64,000 nt of DNA, taken from Ranitomeya imitator (taxonomy: Eukaryota). Of this stretch, positions 37,544 through 49,049 are shown piece after piece. Below the pieces are notes generated by a model. It worked only from the letters and a program-made list of their open reading frames with translations. It had not been told where the DNA came from and made no database searches. The translations under genes and the position numbers were made by a program. Location: contig NC_091290.1 of NCBI RefSeq assembly GCF_032444005.1, forward strand, positions 62,558,001 through 62,622,000. The letters are read 5' to 3'. The stretch's first letter is position 1; the number at the start of each line of letters is the position of its first letter.

Positions 37544-38118
37544 AAAATAGAAAAAGACGTGGCAACACTCACTGACCCCGTAGAGCAGATTATTCCTTTA
37601 TTAAAGCAACTGTGAAACCATCTTCACGGCATGGGGGAGACGAAGAACAAAGAGAGGTGAGCGGGGAGAGGACAACAGCTGTTTCACGCCAACACCGGCG
37701 CTTCTACGGGTCCACGCTGGAAAGAAGTAACGCCAGGTGAGATAAGTGCCAAAACACCGCCCCCTCTGACGCAAGTCCCGACCAGCGCAGGCAGAAAACA
37801 GGTGCAAATTAAAACATAATTAAAAACATGAATATTAGAATCAACAAAAGGGCATATGCACAACAGTATTGTATATATACACCTGGAGTTACGAAATCCA
37901 ACAAAATATTGGCGTTGAACACAAACAATCATATCAAACAAAATTGAGGCCGTACAGAATACACCTATGTAACATTAAAACGGTGTACCCCAGAGCTGAT
38001 ATTACGTCCAGTTCCTATATACCTACCGATTTATATATTTACAGACATGGTTCCACCAAGAGAAAACAATAAAAAGAGGACACCCATTATAGACCACTGA
38101 TTAATCGCAGTAAGAATG
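37544..38118 (-). repeat. PLE-2 5' pseudo-LTR (copy B)
   Basis: Direct repeat of 33485-34061. Confidence 0.92.
37660..37718 (-). ncRNA. Minimal hammerhead variant, PLE-2 copy B
   Basis: Same as copy A, but stem III is the perfect palindrome AACAGCTGTT (37674-37683); predicted cut between 37674 and 37673. Confidence 0.68.
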
Positions 38119-38455
38119 CAGAGCCTATAGTATATTGCACAGCCCACGTAGTATATTGCACAGCCCACACAGTATATAGCACAGCCCACGCAGTATATAG
38201 CACAGCCCACGTAGTATATTGCACAGCCCATGCAGTATATTGCACAGCCCACGCAGTATATTGCACAGCCCACGTAGTATATTGCACAGCCCACGCAGTA
38301 TATAGCACAGCCCACGCAGTATATAGCACAGCCCACGCAGTATATTGCACAGCCCACACAGTATATTGCACAGCCCACACAGTATATTGCACAGCCCACG
38401 CAGTATATTGTACAGCCCACGTAGAATATTGCACAGCCCACGTAGTATATAGCAA
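38117..38455. repeat. 21-bp minisatellite, right half
   Basis: CACAGCCCACGCAGTATATTG units resume right after the PLE-2 TSD. Confidence 0.9.
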
Positions 38456-38789
38456 TGTGGGCATCATATCCCTGTTAAAAAAATAATTAAAATAAAAAAT
38501 AGTTATATACTCACCCTCAGTTGCCCCCCGGATCCAAGCGAAGCGCTTACCGATGCTCCTCTCGTGCTCCGGTCTCAAGAGTGCATTGCGGTCTCACGAG
38601 ATGATGACATGGTGGTCTCTCGAGATGATGGCGTCGCAGTCTCGCGAGACCGCCACGTCATCTCTCTCGCGAGACCGCAATGCATGGACCGGCAACCGGA
38701 GCATCGCAAAAATCGGGAAAGGCCTGGGCTGGATCCAGAAGGTGAGTATATAATGATTTTTTATTATTTTTAACATTAAATCTCGCACC

Positions 38790-39295
38790 AATGTCGCTGA
38801 TTGGTCACGCTGGCTGAGCGCAAGCAATCAGAGAAGCGGGATTTAACTCCCACGGCAATGTCGCTGATTGGTCGCGAGCAATTAGCGAAGCGGGATTTAA
38901 ATCCTGCGCCAATTGCACTGATCAGTCGCGCATGCCGTCTGGGTACGACCAATCAGCGAAGCGGGATTTAAATTCTGTGCCAATGTCGCTGATTGGTCGC
39001 ACCAGTTGGGCGCGAACAATCAGCGAAGCATTATTTAAATCCTGTGCCAATGTCGCTGATTAGTCGCGCGGCTGGGCGTGAGCAATCAGTGAAGCGGGAT
39101 TTAAATTCCGCGCCAATGGCGTGATTGGTCGCGCCGGCTGGGCGCGAGCAATCAGCGAAGTGGGATTTAAATCACATGCCAATGGCGCTGATTGGTCGCA
39201 CCGGCTGGGCACGAGCAATCAGTGAAGCGGGATTTAAATCCCGCTCCAATGTTGCTGATTGGTCGCGTGGGATTTTAATCCCGCGCCAATGTCTG
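38790..39295. repeat. ~59-bp tandem repeat rich in CCAAT/ATTGG (inside Helitron)
   Basis: CCAATGTCGCTGATTGGTCGCG...CAATCAGCGAAGCGGGATTTAAATC recurs about eight times. Confidence 0.85.
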
Positions 39296-40470
39296 GGGGG
39301 TAGTATAGAGGGGGCACTGACTGCAGGGGAGTAGGGAGCGGATGGACTGTGCCCATCACTCTCAAGAGTGCATTGCAGTCTCGCAAGATGTTGACTTGCT
39401 GTCTCGCGAGGCCGCTACATCATCATCTCGCGAGACCGCAATGCATGGACCGGTCACCGGAGCGTCGCGAGGAGAGGGAAAGGCCTGGGCTGGATCAGGA
39501 ATGTGAGCATATAATGATATTTTATTATTTTTATTATTTTTAACATTATATCTTTTTTACTATTGATGCCGCATAGGCAGCATCAATAGTAAAAAGTTGG
39601 TCACACAGGGTTAACAGCAGCATTAACAAAGTGTTTTACACCGCGGCATAACGCGGTCCGATAACGCTGCCATTAACTCTGTGTGAGCGCTGACTGGAGG
39701 GGAGTATGGAGCGGGCACTGACTGCAGGGAGTAAGGAGCGGCCATTTTGCCGCCGGACTGTGCCCGTCGCTGATTGGTCGTGGCTGTTTTGCCGCGGCCA
39801 ATCAGCGACTTGGGATTTCCATTACAGATAGACAGAAAGACAGACAGAAAGACAGACAGACAGAAAGACGGAAGTGACCCTTAGACAATTATATAGTAGA
39901 TTTTATTTTACCTCTTGGATTAAAATGAAAAGACTATTTAGCAATAGAAAAGCAGATGTTCTCTTTCTTTTTTTCTTGCTTGTATAATTGCTATTGAAAT
40001 GCAATTAAAACAAATATAGAAAAACTAAGCATTAATTCATAGATTACCATCTGCTTTCAGCATCGTGTTTACTTTTTAATTCTTCATATGACTTTTGCAG
40101 ACAAACATGCTGATTCTCAAAAGCTCCGTGTGTACACTTCTCCTATCAAATTCCGGCAGACGTCTTTTTTATCACAAGGCTTGAAATAAAATAGAAATTG
40201 TGTAAAGCAATGAAATTGAGTATGAGAACCATTTGATAATTCAATTTTGACAGATTTCTCTGAATTTTTAGCAAATGTAATGGATTGTTATATAACTTTT
40301 TAAATGAAAACAAAATCTAAGGTTCTGTTTATGCAAACGGCTTTATGCTTCTTTCAGGGTTTATAGAATTTTTGGTGGCAAGAACATTGTCAAATTGTCC
40401 ATATCATGGGTCAGTGTTGGGATCAGTTAAGACTTAAGATTCACAAATTTGTGTGAATGATCTGACAATA

Positions 40471-41942
40471 CAGTTAGGTCCACATATATTTGGACAGAGA
40501 CAACATTTTTCTAATTTTGGTTATAGACATTACCACAATGAATTTTTAACAAAACAATTCAGATGCAGTTGAAGTTCAAACTTTCAGCTTTCATTTGAGA
40601 GTATTCACATTAAAATTGGATCACGGGTTTAGGAGTTTCAGCTCCTTAACATGTGCCACCCTGTTTTTAAAGGGACCAAAAGTAATTGGACAATTGACTC
40701 CAAGGCTATTTCATGGACAGGTGTGGGCAATCCCTTCGTTATGTCATTCTCAATTAAGCAGATAAAAGGCCTGGAGTTGATTTGCGGTGAGGTGCTTGCA
40801 TTTGGAAGGCTTTGCTGTGAAGTAAACATGCGGTCATGCAGGTGAAACAAGCCATCCTTAAGCTGCAAAAACAGAAAAAAAACCATCCGAGAACTTGTTA
40901 CAATATTAAGAGTGGCAAAATCTACAGTTTTGTACATCCTGAAAGAAAGAAAGCACTGGTGAACTCATCAATGCAAAAAGACCTGGGCGCCCACGGAAGA
41001 CAACAGTGGTGGATGATCACAGAATAATCTCCATGGTGAAGAGAAACCCCTTCAAAACAGCCAATCAAGTGAACAACACTCTCCAGGAGGTCGGCGTATC
41101 AATATCCAAATCTACCTTAAAGAGAAGACTGCATGAAAGTAAATACAGAGGGTTCACTGCACGGTGCAAGCCACTCATAAGATTCAAGAATAAAAAGGCT
41201 AGACTGGACTTTGCTAAAAAACATCTAAAAAAGCCAGCACAGTTCTGGAAGAACATTCTTTGGACGGATGAAACCAAGATGAACCTCTACCAGAATGATG
41301 GAAAGAGAAAAGTATGGCGAGGGCGTGGTACAGCTGTGTGCTCAGATCCAGCCAAATGCAGCCAAACTGATTGGTTGTCGTTTCATACTACAGATGGAAA
41401 ATGACCCAAAACATAAAGCCAAAGCAACCCAGGAGTTTATTAAAGCAAAGAAGTGGAATATTCTTGAATGGCCAAGTCAGTCACCTGATCTCAACCCAAT
41501 TGAGCAGCATTTCACTTGCTAAAGACTAAACTTCAGACAGAAAGGCCCACAAACAAACAGCAAATGAAAACCACCGCAGTGAAGGCCTGGCAGAGCATCA
41601 AAAAGGAGGAAACACAGCATCTGGTGATGTCCATGAGTTCAAGACTTCAGGCAGTCATTGCCAACAAAGGGTTTTCAACCAAGTACTAAAAATGAACATT
41701 TTATTTAAAATGATTGAAGTTGTCCAAATACTTTTGGTCCCTTTAAAAACAGGGTGGCACATGTTAAGGAGCTGAAACTCCTAAACCCTTCATCCAATTT
41801 TAATGTGGATACACTCAAATGAAAGCTGAAAGTCTGAACTTCAACTGCATCTGAATTGTTTTGTTTAAAATTCATTGTGGTAATGTTTATAACCAAAATT
41901 TGAAAAATGTTGTCTCTGTCCAAATATATATGGACCTAACTG
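40471..41942 (+). mobile_element. Tc1/mariner element with long inverted repeats and deleted transposase
   Basis: TA|CAGTTAGGTCCACATATATTTGGACAGAGAC...GTCTCTGTCCAAATATATATGGACCTAACTG|TA. ORFs with [26 protein letters not shown]; the KHGGG region is missing. Confidence 0.9.
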
Positions 41943-42094
41943 TATCTGCTATTGCTTTGCTAAAAATTTAAATGAACAAGGCTTAACTTGAAACAAAATT
42001 CCTGCCATTTTTCGAAGGGGATGTTCACATTGTTTTTTTGTCATATATTAGTGGCTCTGCCCCAACTTCCAATTAAAGACTAAAAAACATGACT

Positions 42095-43127
42095 TGTGAA
42101 ATAGCAAAAAAAGTGCAATCCTACACTTGTTTTTTGTTTGGCTTTTTTGCTAGGTTCACTAAATGCTAAAACTGACCTGCCATTGTGATTCTCCAGGTCA
42201 TTATGAGATCAGAGGCCAAACTTTTCTAGGTTATTTTTTATCTAAGTGGTAAAAAAAATTCCAAACTTTGCAAAAAATAAAAAGCGTAATTTTCCGAGAC
42301 CCATAGCGTCTCCATTTTTCGTGATCTCAGGTTGGGTGAGGGTTTATTTTTTGCGTGCTGAGCTGACATTTTTAATCATATCATTTTGGTGCAGATATGT
42401 TCTTTTGATCACCTGTTATTGCATTTTAATGCAATGTCGCGGTGACCAATAATAGCGTAAATCTGGCGTTTTGATTTTTTATCGTTACGCTGTTTAACAA
42501 TCAGGTTAATCCTTTTTTTATTGATAGATCAGGCATTTCTGAACACGGTGATACCAAATATGTGTAGGTTTTTTTTATTGTTTTATTTTGAATGGGGCGA
42601 AAGGGGGGTGATTTGAACTTTTATATTTTTTATTTTTTTCATATTTGTTAAAAATTTTTTTACTTTAGCCATGCTTCAATAGCCTCCATGGAAGGCTAGA
42701 AGTTGGCATAGCCTGATCAGCTCTGCTACATAGCAGCGATCACCAGATCGCTCCTATTTAGCTGAATTACAGGGTGGTGCTCACAGCAGTCTGGCATCAA
42801 CAGCCATAGAGGTCTTCAGGAGACCTCTGGTTGTCATACCGATGCATCGCTGACTCCCGATCACATGACGGGAGTCAGCAATGCGTGCATTTCTGGTCCA
42901 ATGGCCGTAAGTACTTATTAAATGGCGCTGTCAGAGTAGGACAGTGGCATTTAACTAGTCAATAGGTGTGGGTGGATCATGATTCTGCCCGCGCCTATTG
43001 CAGGCACATGTCAACTATTCAAAACAGCTGACATGTCCTGGCTTTGATGTGGGCTCACCGCTGGAGCCTGCATCAAAGTGTGGGTTCTGCCATCGGGCGT
43101 ACTATTCTGTCTGATGGCAGAAAGGGG
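42095..43127. mobile_element. piggyBac-type non-autonomous remnant (right end)
   Basis: Homologous to 1400-2040; ends GATGGCAGAAAGGGG|TTAA. Confidence 0.5.
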
Positions 43128-43704
43128 TTAAAAGCTAATAAAGGGGTTGTAACTTTCACAATCCCTCAGGTGAGCCAATACCATTTTGCTTTTTCCATAG
43201 TAATCCGGATAAGACTCGACAGCGCTTTTTGTCATTCCAGTTTTTGTCTATACATCTACAGGCACTGAAGTATACTTGCTGCCATTGTGCAGTACCACAA
43301 CTTTCACACTTTTTTTTGGATGAAACAATGAAGTGACTCTCACATTGTAGTCAATGTTACATTTTTCTATCAGCCAAGGAACATCACTGCAAAACACTAG
43401 AGAACCGTCTCGAATAAAGTATGAAAGGAACACCCTTTCTCTGCTTCTGTTCTATGATGATTTCTAATCAATGTAATAGTATCAAAATCATAACCCAAAG
43501 TTCACGCAAATGCACCAATGTATAATGCAAGAAAAAGCCTATGTAGTCAGTGTTTGTGAAGGAATTTTTTCGATATTTTTATTGAATTTTACAATCGAAA
43601 ATATGGAAAGATCATTTGCATGGTGTGGACGAAGAAAAGCTCCTGAGCTGGCTTCACACATCACTATGACAAAAATGTACCTCATAAGTCATTAAGCAGT
43701 TTAA

Positions 43705-44156
43705 AGGGTAGTCCGGTCTTTTGATAAACAAAGTCTGCAGTCTCCATATGTGGCTGAAAACTTTTGAATCTTTGCAATATGCAGTGCACAACTTATCAGG
43801 ATGCAATATTATTGCCGGTGACAGGAGATAGTCACATGACCGCAAGCATGCGATTTGCATTTATGCAGTCACTTGCTGACTAGACAAGCATTGCTTTTTT
43901 CAATGCACTTCTATTGAAAGAAGCCAGGCCTGGCTAAAAAGAAAATGGCTGGTGGTATGCAAGTCACCACCATTGCCGGTGAATCCTGACAGTGTGTGCA
44001 CTTCACATTCTCGGGATTCAGAAGTCTGCAAAAAACTTTAAAATTTAGACTGAAATATAGACTAAATGCTGTGGAGACTACTTTGGGCCAAGAACTTTCA
44101 GCAAGTAGTCCCTTGTGCCACATAGTAATTCTGTGCTGTAGTAGTTTAACATCCCT
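43705..44156. mobile_element. Possible decayed Kolobok/T2 MITE
   Basis: TTAA|AGGG...CCCT|TTAA ends; the TIR beyond this is poor. Confidence 0.3.
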
Positions 44157-45762
44157 TTAATGAGCACATGCTCTCCAATTATGAAGTTCTCAAAAGTAAA
44201 TTCTACAGTAGGTTATCTTCAAAATGCTAAATAACATTAGAACATTGGAATGTTTCACAGATTGGCTGTTATAACCTTGTGTATACTGTTTTTATAGAGA
44301 GCATATGGTAAATGTGTTTATAGAATTTTGTCCATGAGAGAATTTCAAATAAAAAAATATTCTAAAATGCTGATTTGTGCTTAATGTTTTCTATGGATGG
44401 GTTTTTCATATAAACATTTACCATATGTTGTCTATAAAAGTAGTATACTCAAGGTTACACTAGCTAATGTGCGAGAACTTTCTTTTTAATATTTGGTGCA
44501 AAAAACCCCCCACAAAGAACAATATAATACTATGCTTTATACGCTCGGAAAATATTGCCTACTGAAATAAAGAATTACCATAGATTTCACTGACAAAAAC
44601 TCACAAAAACCCTCAGAAAAGGCTAATTTTGCATCTAGATGGATGACAGAAGGAGAGGACTCCCTCTGTAACCCTACCAATTTGTGGGTTCTAATAATTG
44701 CTACGGTAGCACTAGGCAAAGTAATAGATGTGGGGTATGGTGGCCTGTTAGGTCCTGCTATAAGCTGTGTCAGTGTGAAACTAGTACCCCAGCATTGGAG
44801 ACCAGTGAACAAAATGAAAAATACTCAAATACCATAATGCAAAATTTAACAATAAAATTCAGTAATAATTATTAAAAAATGAAAATAAACTACAATAAAG
44901 GCTTGGAAAAATAACGATAAACTGTTTTGCACCTAAAAATGCAGCTTTTCTGATGAAACAAAGATATACAAAAAAAAATCACTGCAAATGGAATGACCAA
45001 TCTGTAAAACTGTCTCATTTTTTATCCCATACAGTGAATATAGTAAAAAAAGAATTAATAAAAATTTTCCAAAAATGTATCTTTCTCATCAATAAATAAA
45101 TATCAATAAAAAAAGTCAAAAGTAGCTAGCAATGGCATCACTGAAAGAAATAACATTTTTTTTATCAAATACAAGCCCTCATAAATCTCTGTTGGACTAA
45201 AAGTAAAAAAGTTATGTGACGACACAGCATTTTATCTTAATTATCCAGATGTCTATTTTCAGTAACCAGGAGGCATAAACTGTTATCTATATGATGACTT
45301 TTGAATTCATGTGTTTCTTTCCTTGGTTGGTCAAGAGTCTGAAATGTTGACTCTTCTTGTAGGCTAAATTGATTTTTATAGATTGATGAATGGTTGTTAC
45401 TTACCTCTTAAATCAAGTACTAAAGTGTATTGTACTGTTATCTTTGCAAAATAGGGATGCAGAGTCACTGAACAATGATGTTTCCTGATATGTTGATTGC
45501 ACTTTATACCAGGCCATGCAGTTTGTTGATTTGAAAACACTGAAGGAAAAACTAAATAACCAATCAAAGCGAGTTTAATCTCATCACGCTCCCCTTCCTC
45601 TTGACTTGTGAATAATGTCTTGAAGAACAGTTGTGAACAATTAAAAGAGGATATGACTCTGTAACATGATACATCCAAATGACCAAGTCATCCACGAGAT
45701 CCAAAGATCCAAAAATAACCAGAGACCCTTTACAATACAGCAGGCAATATGTCATGGCTCCA

Positions 45763-46100
45763 TCACGAGGGGCACAAATTTGACATTCTACAGGGTGTCA
45801 GCTTAGGGGAACATGACCCAGGCTGAAATAATACAGATTTACTCCTTTGACCATCACTGAACCTAAGGATACTGAACACATGGGATAGTAAGCATTTGAA
45901 CCCACTGAACCTGAGCACCCTGGATACGTTTGGGAGGGCCAGGATTGAGACCCACTGGTCACTTGACTCCATGGAGATATTCAGAGACGCAAGGTTGTGA
46001 CCCTCCAATCACCTGGCCTTGTACCTCAATGGACTGTCAGCTTGTCGTTACCTCCTCTTTATGCTTGCCAGAGGTTGGGATAGTTGGCCCTGGAAGCTCT
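45763..46100 (-). pseudogene. Possible L1 endonuclease remnant
   Basis: ILALPNVSRVL.F...LS...FSDG loosely resembles the L1 APE segment preceding GGDFN; very degenerate. Confidence 0.25.
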
Positions 46101-47205
46101 GAAGTCAAATATAGTCTTATCTAGGCGATTCAACAAATGGGCGAGACTCTGTAATTTGCACCATCTTGGGGTATTTGCTGCAACTGTTCTATATATTATT
46201 GTTTGTTGGTGGTTCAATATTGCCACACTGTTTTACTCTGTTGTATGAGTAGTATTTTGCCCAGCGTAAAAGGAGAGGGGGCATTCAGTGGGATGATTCC
46301 TGGTCCATGCGGTTTTGGCTAGCGGACTAGGGCACCTGCTGACCCCCTGTTTCTTTCTTCACATTATGGCATTCATAATATGTTGACAAAAGAAAAATTG
46401 TGATAAAAAAATCATTTTTAGTGTGCCAATATAGCTAAATTTAACAAAACAATCATACTGACTAAATTGACTTTGAGTCTAATTTACTGAAATTCTAAGT
46501 TGCACACAAATATGAAGATTTCGTGGTTCACAAAAAAAAAAATTGCCAGGCACCATTACCAGCATTGGTGAAATATAATTTTGCATTGTCGCACAGGCCT
46601 CCCCATAATGCTTTGCAGCAATGATATTGCATTGATTATCATGCATTGTACAGTGGTGGCTAGTACCTCCGTCATCACATATCAGTAGTTCCAAGTGGAG
46701 CACAGTGTGTATGGCAGTCATTTCCCATCTAAAGAGTCAATGGGTAACCGTCTCTCACATAGTGTGTAAGCTCTTAGGTTTAATTCACTCATCAATATTT
46801 TTGAACAGTATTTCTATCAGTATTTTTTGATCAATATCTCTGTACATCTGTCAGTATTCTATATCCAACCCAGGAGTGTCTCCAAATCACCTAAAAGGTG
46901 TCAATCTTTCAATTATAGTTTTTCTCTGTAAGTTTTTCACAAATACTAATGTGTGAATAAACCCTCATGGCAAGCATGGTCCCCCCAACTGTTGAATGTT
47001 AGCTCTTATGCCTAGCAGGGTCCCCTCTCTCTTTCTCTTGTAAAGCATAAGCTCTTCTGACCATCAGGATTCTCTATCTCGTGCCTGTAAAAGCAAGCTC
47101 TTTTGGTTAGCAGGGTTTTCTCTCTCCTCTCCACCACATGTATTTTCCAAGCAATTACAAGTTGCACAAATTTATTCATCATAAATCAAAATTTGGAGGG
47201 GGGAG

Positions 47206-49049
47206 TGTTAGGGGTCAAGTCCCCACCTCTGCACAAGGGGAATCACGAACCATCTCCGCTGCGGTCTCCCATTCCTCTCCAGCCGCAGTGGAGCCTGTTC
47301 AGCAGAGATGTCGGTCCCAGCATCTGGCTCAGCCTGATACAGTGCAAATGGTTACTGCTGCCTTTCCAGGCTTAGCCATTGTAGCCAGTATTGGTCAGCG
47401 GTGGGCAGACGTCTCTGGGACTAAGTCCAGCTTTTCCCCTTCTGAGTATGCCCAGGGTAAGTCCTCTCATTGGAGGTCAAGGGTGTTAGGACTGGCGGAA
47501 CGCACCAAGAAAGGTGATATAGATGTGTTCGCAGTCCGGGGTCCACCGTACAGGTGAAAACCTGCTGCTAGTAAATACAGACTATGTGGCGGTACACTAA
47601 AGTATATACACGTGGGTTCAACCTCACCCAGCGTGAAGGGAGCAATCCTGTTGTGTCACAGGATCGCGGTACCGCACCTAAAGCGCGAGCGAGTAGTCAG
47701 CGTACTTAACCCCAACAGGGATTGAAGTCCGATTAGACCCTCGCTGGCACTACACCGCAACTGGGTGTGAAAGGAAACTAAATATAAATATATAAATGCA
47801 CAGGAGTGCGAGCAATGCCGCACTGACGGACGCCACCAACCACACTGGCTTGGGTATGGAAAGCGCTAGGCAAGCGCACGGCGCCGTACAGGCGGACACA
47901 GCAAGAGGATGCTGTAATGTGTGTATCGTGCAGATGATTAGTCGGGCGCTAGATAGCTACCAACATCCGCGAGCAGACAACAACTCTAGGGAGGGATATT
48001 TAGGAGCTTTCATCCATCGACATACATTCATCTACACACACACATATAACATTATGAGACAATACTAGCGCATGGCCGTGCGGTCATGCGCAGTTTATAT
48101 AGTTGCAGCACAGGAAGTGGCCACAGAACTTTTGCCCTTCCAAGACCTGCCAAGAGGACCAATGGAATGTGCCGCAGAGCCTGAGCACATGACCCTCGAT
48201 CTCCAACGGGAGATCTTGCCCTGGGCATGCTCAGTGTGTGCAGATAAGGACTTAGTCCCAGAGAAGTCCGCTCGCTGCTGACCAGTATTGGCTTTAAAGG
48301 CAGAAGCTGGAGAAGCAGCAGTAACTCTTCTCACAGAGTCAGACTGAGCGAGACGCTGGGATCGACGTCCCTGCTGAGCAGACTCCACTGCGGCTGGAGG
48401 AGAATGGGAGACCGCAGCGGAGACGGATCGAGATTCCCCCTGTGCAGCAGAGGAAACTCGACTCCTAACAAAGGGTCACATGCTCAGGTACTTTAACAGC
48501 TCCCATTGGTCCTCTAGGTAGGTCCTGAAGTGGCTCAGGTACTGTAGCAGCTCCCATTGGTCCTCTAGGAATGTCCTGTAGTTGCTGCAGCTATAAAAGG
48601 TTCGCCTGGCCGCACGGCCATACGCTAGCATCAACTAAGTTGTGTGTTCTGCGCCAGTGTGGTCATGTGTATGTGGTTTCAGGGTTTGGCTGAAATAAGC
48701 CCCTAGAATACCGGCACCTCCGGTGAGCAATTTTGTATGATTGGATTCAGGTCCCAGCTGAAATAAGCCCCTAGAATACCGGCACCTCCGGTGAAGAATT
48801 TTGCGTGTGCTATTCTGACTGCATGACCACTGTTCGCTCTATTTGGTAGCTGTGTACCTCTGAGAGGTTAGCAGGGCACAGCGTTCTCTTGTCTTAAGTG
48901 ACTCTGTGAAGTAACAGAGATCACTTATACCGCCATATAGTACCATCAGTTACTAGCAGCGGGTTTTACTCCTGCACAGGGAACCCCGAATTGCGAACGC
49001 ACCTATTACGCTTTAAATTTATATGTGGTGCTTCCGCCAAACCCTAACA
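47206..49049 (+). mobile_element. Solo LTR, TGTTAGG family relative (outer), interrupted by an antisense relative
   Basis: TGTTAGGGG...CCCTAACA; 5-bp TSD GGGAG (47201-47205, 49050-49054); CTATAAAAGG near 48590. Confidence 0.88.
47484..48470 (-). mobile_element. Solo LTR, TGTTAGG family, copy 3 (987 bp), nested
   Basis: TGTTAGGACTGGCGGAACGCACC...CTCCTAACA; 5-bp TSD AAGGG (47479-47483, 48471-48475); closely similar to 23038-24014. Confidence 0.9.

Larger units (their letters stand above)
33483..38116 (-). mobile_element. Penelope-like element PLE-2 (Neptune-type), near full length, direct pLTRs
   Basis: 16-bp TSD TGCAGAGCCTATAGTA (33467-33482, 38117-38132); ~575-bp direct repeats at both ends; RT-EN ORF between them. 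Confidence 0.93.
32694..39900 (-). mobile_element. Non-autonomous Helitron hosting PLE-2
   Basis: On the minus strand: A|TCTACTATATAATTGTC...CCCAATGCGTTAAAATCGGCTACCATCTAG|T, i.e. 5' TC, 3' CTAG, degenerate subterminal hairpin, A|T insertion site, no TSD. Confidence 0.75.

Noticed and set aside
28467-38132. Shared TAGT(T)A at the right end of both PLE TSDs as a target motif
   Set aside because: The elements are in opposite orientations, so the similarity is not aligned with the element; two cases are insufficient.
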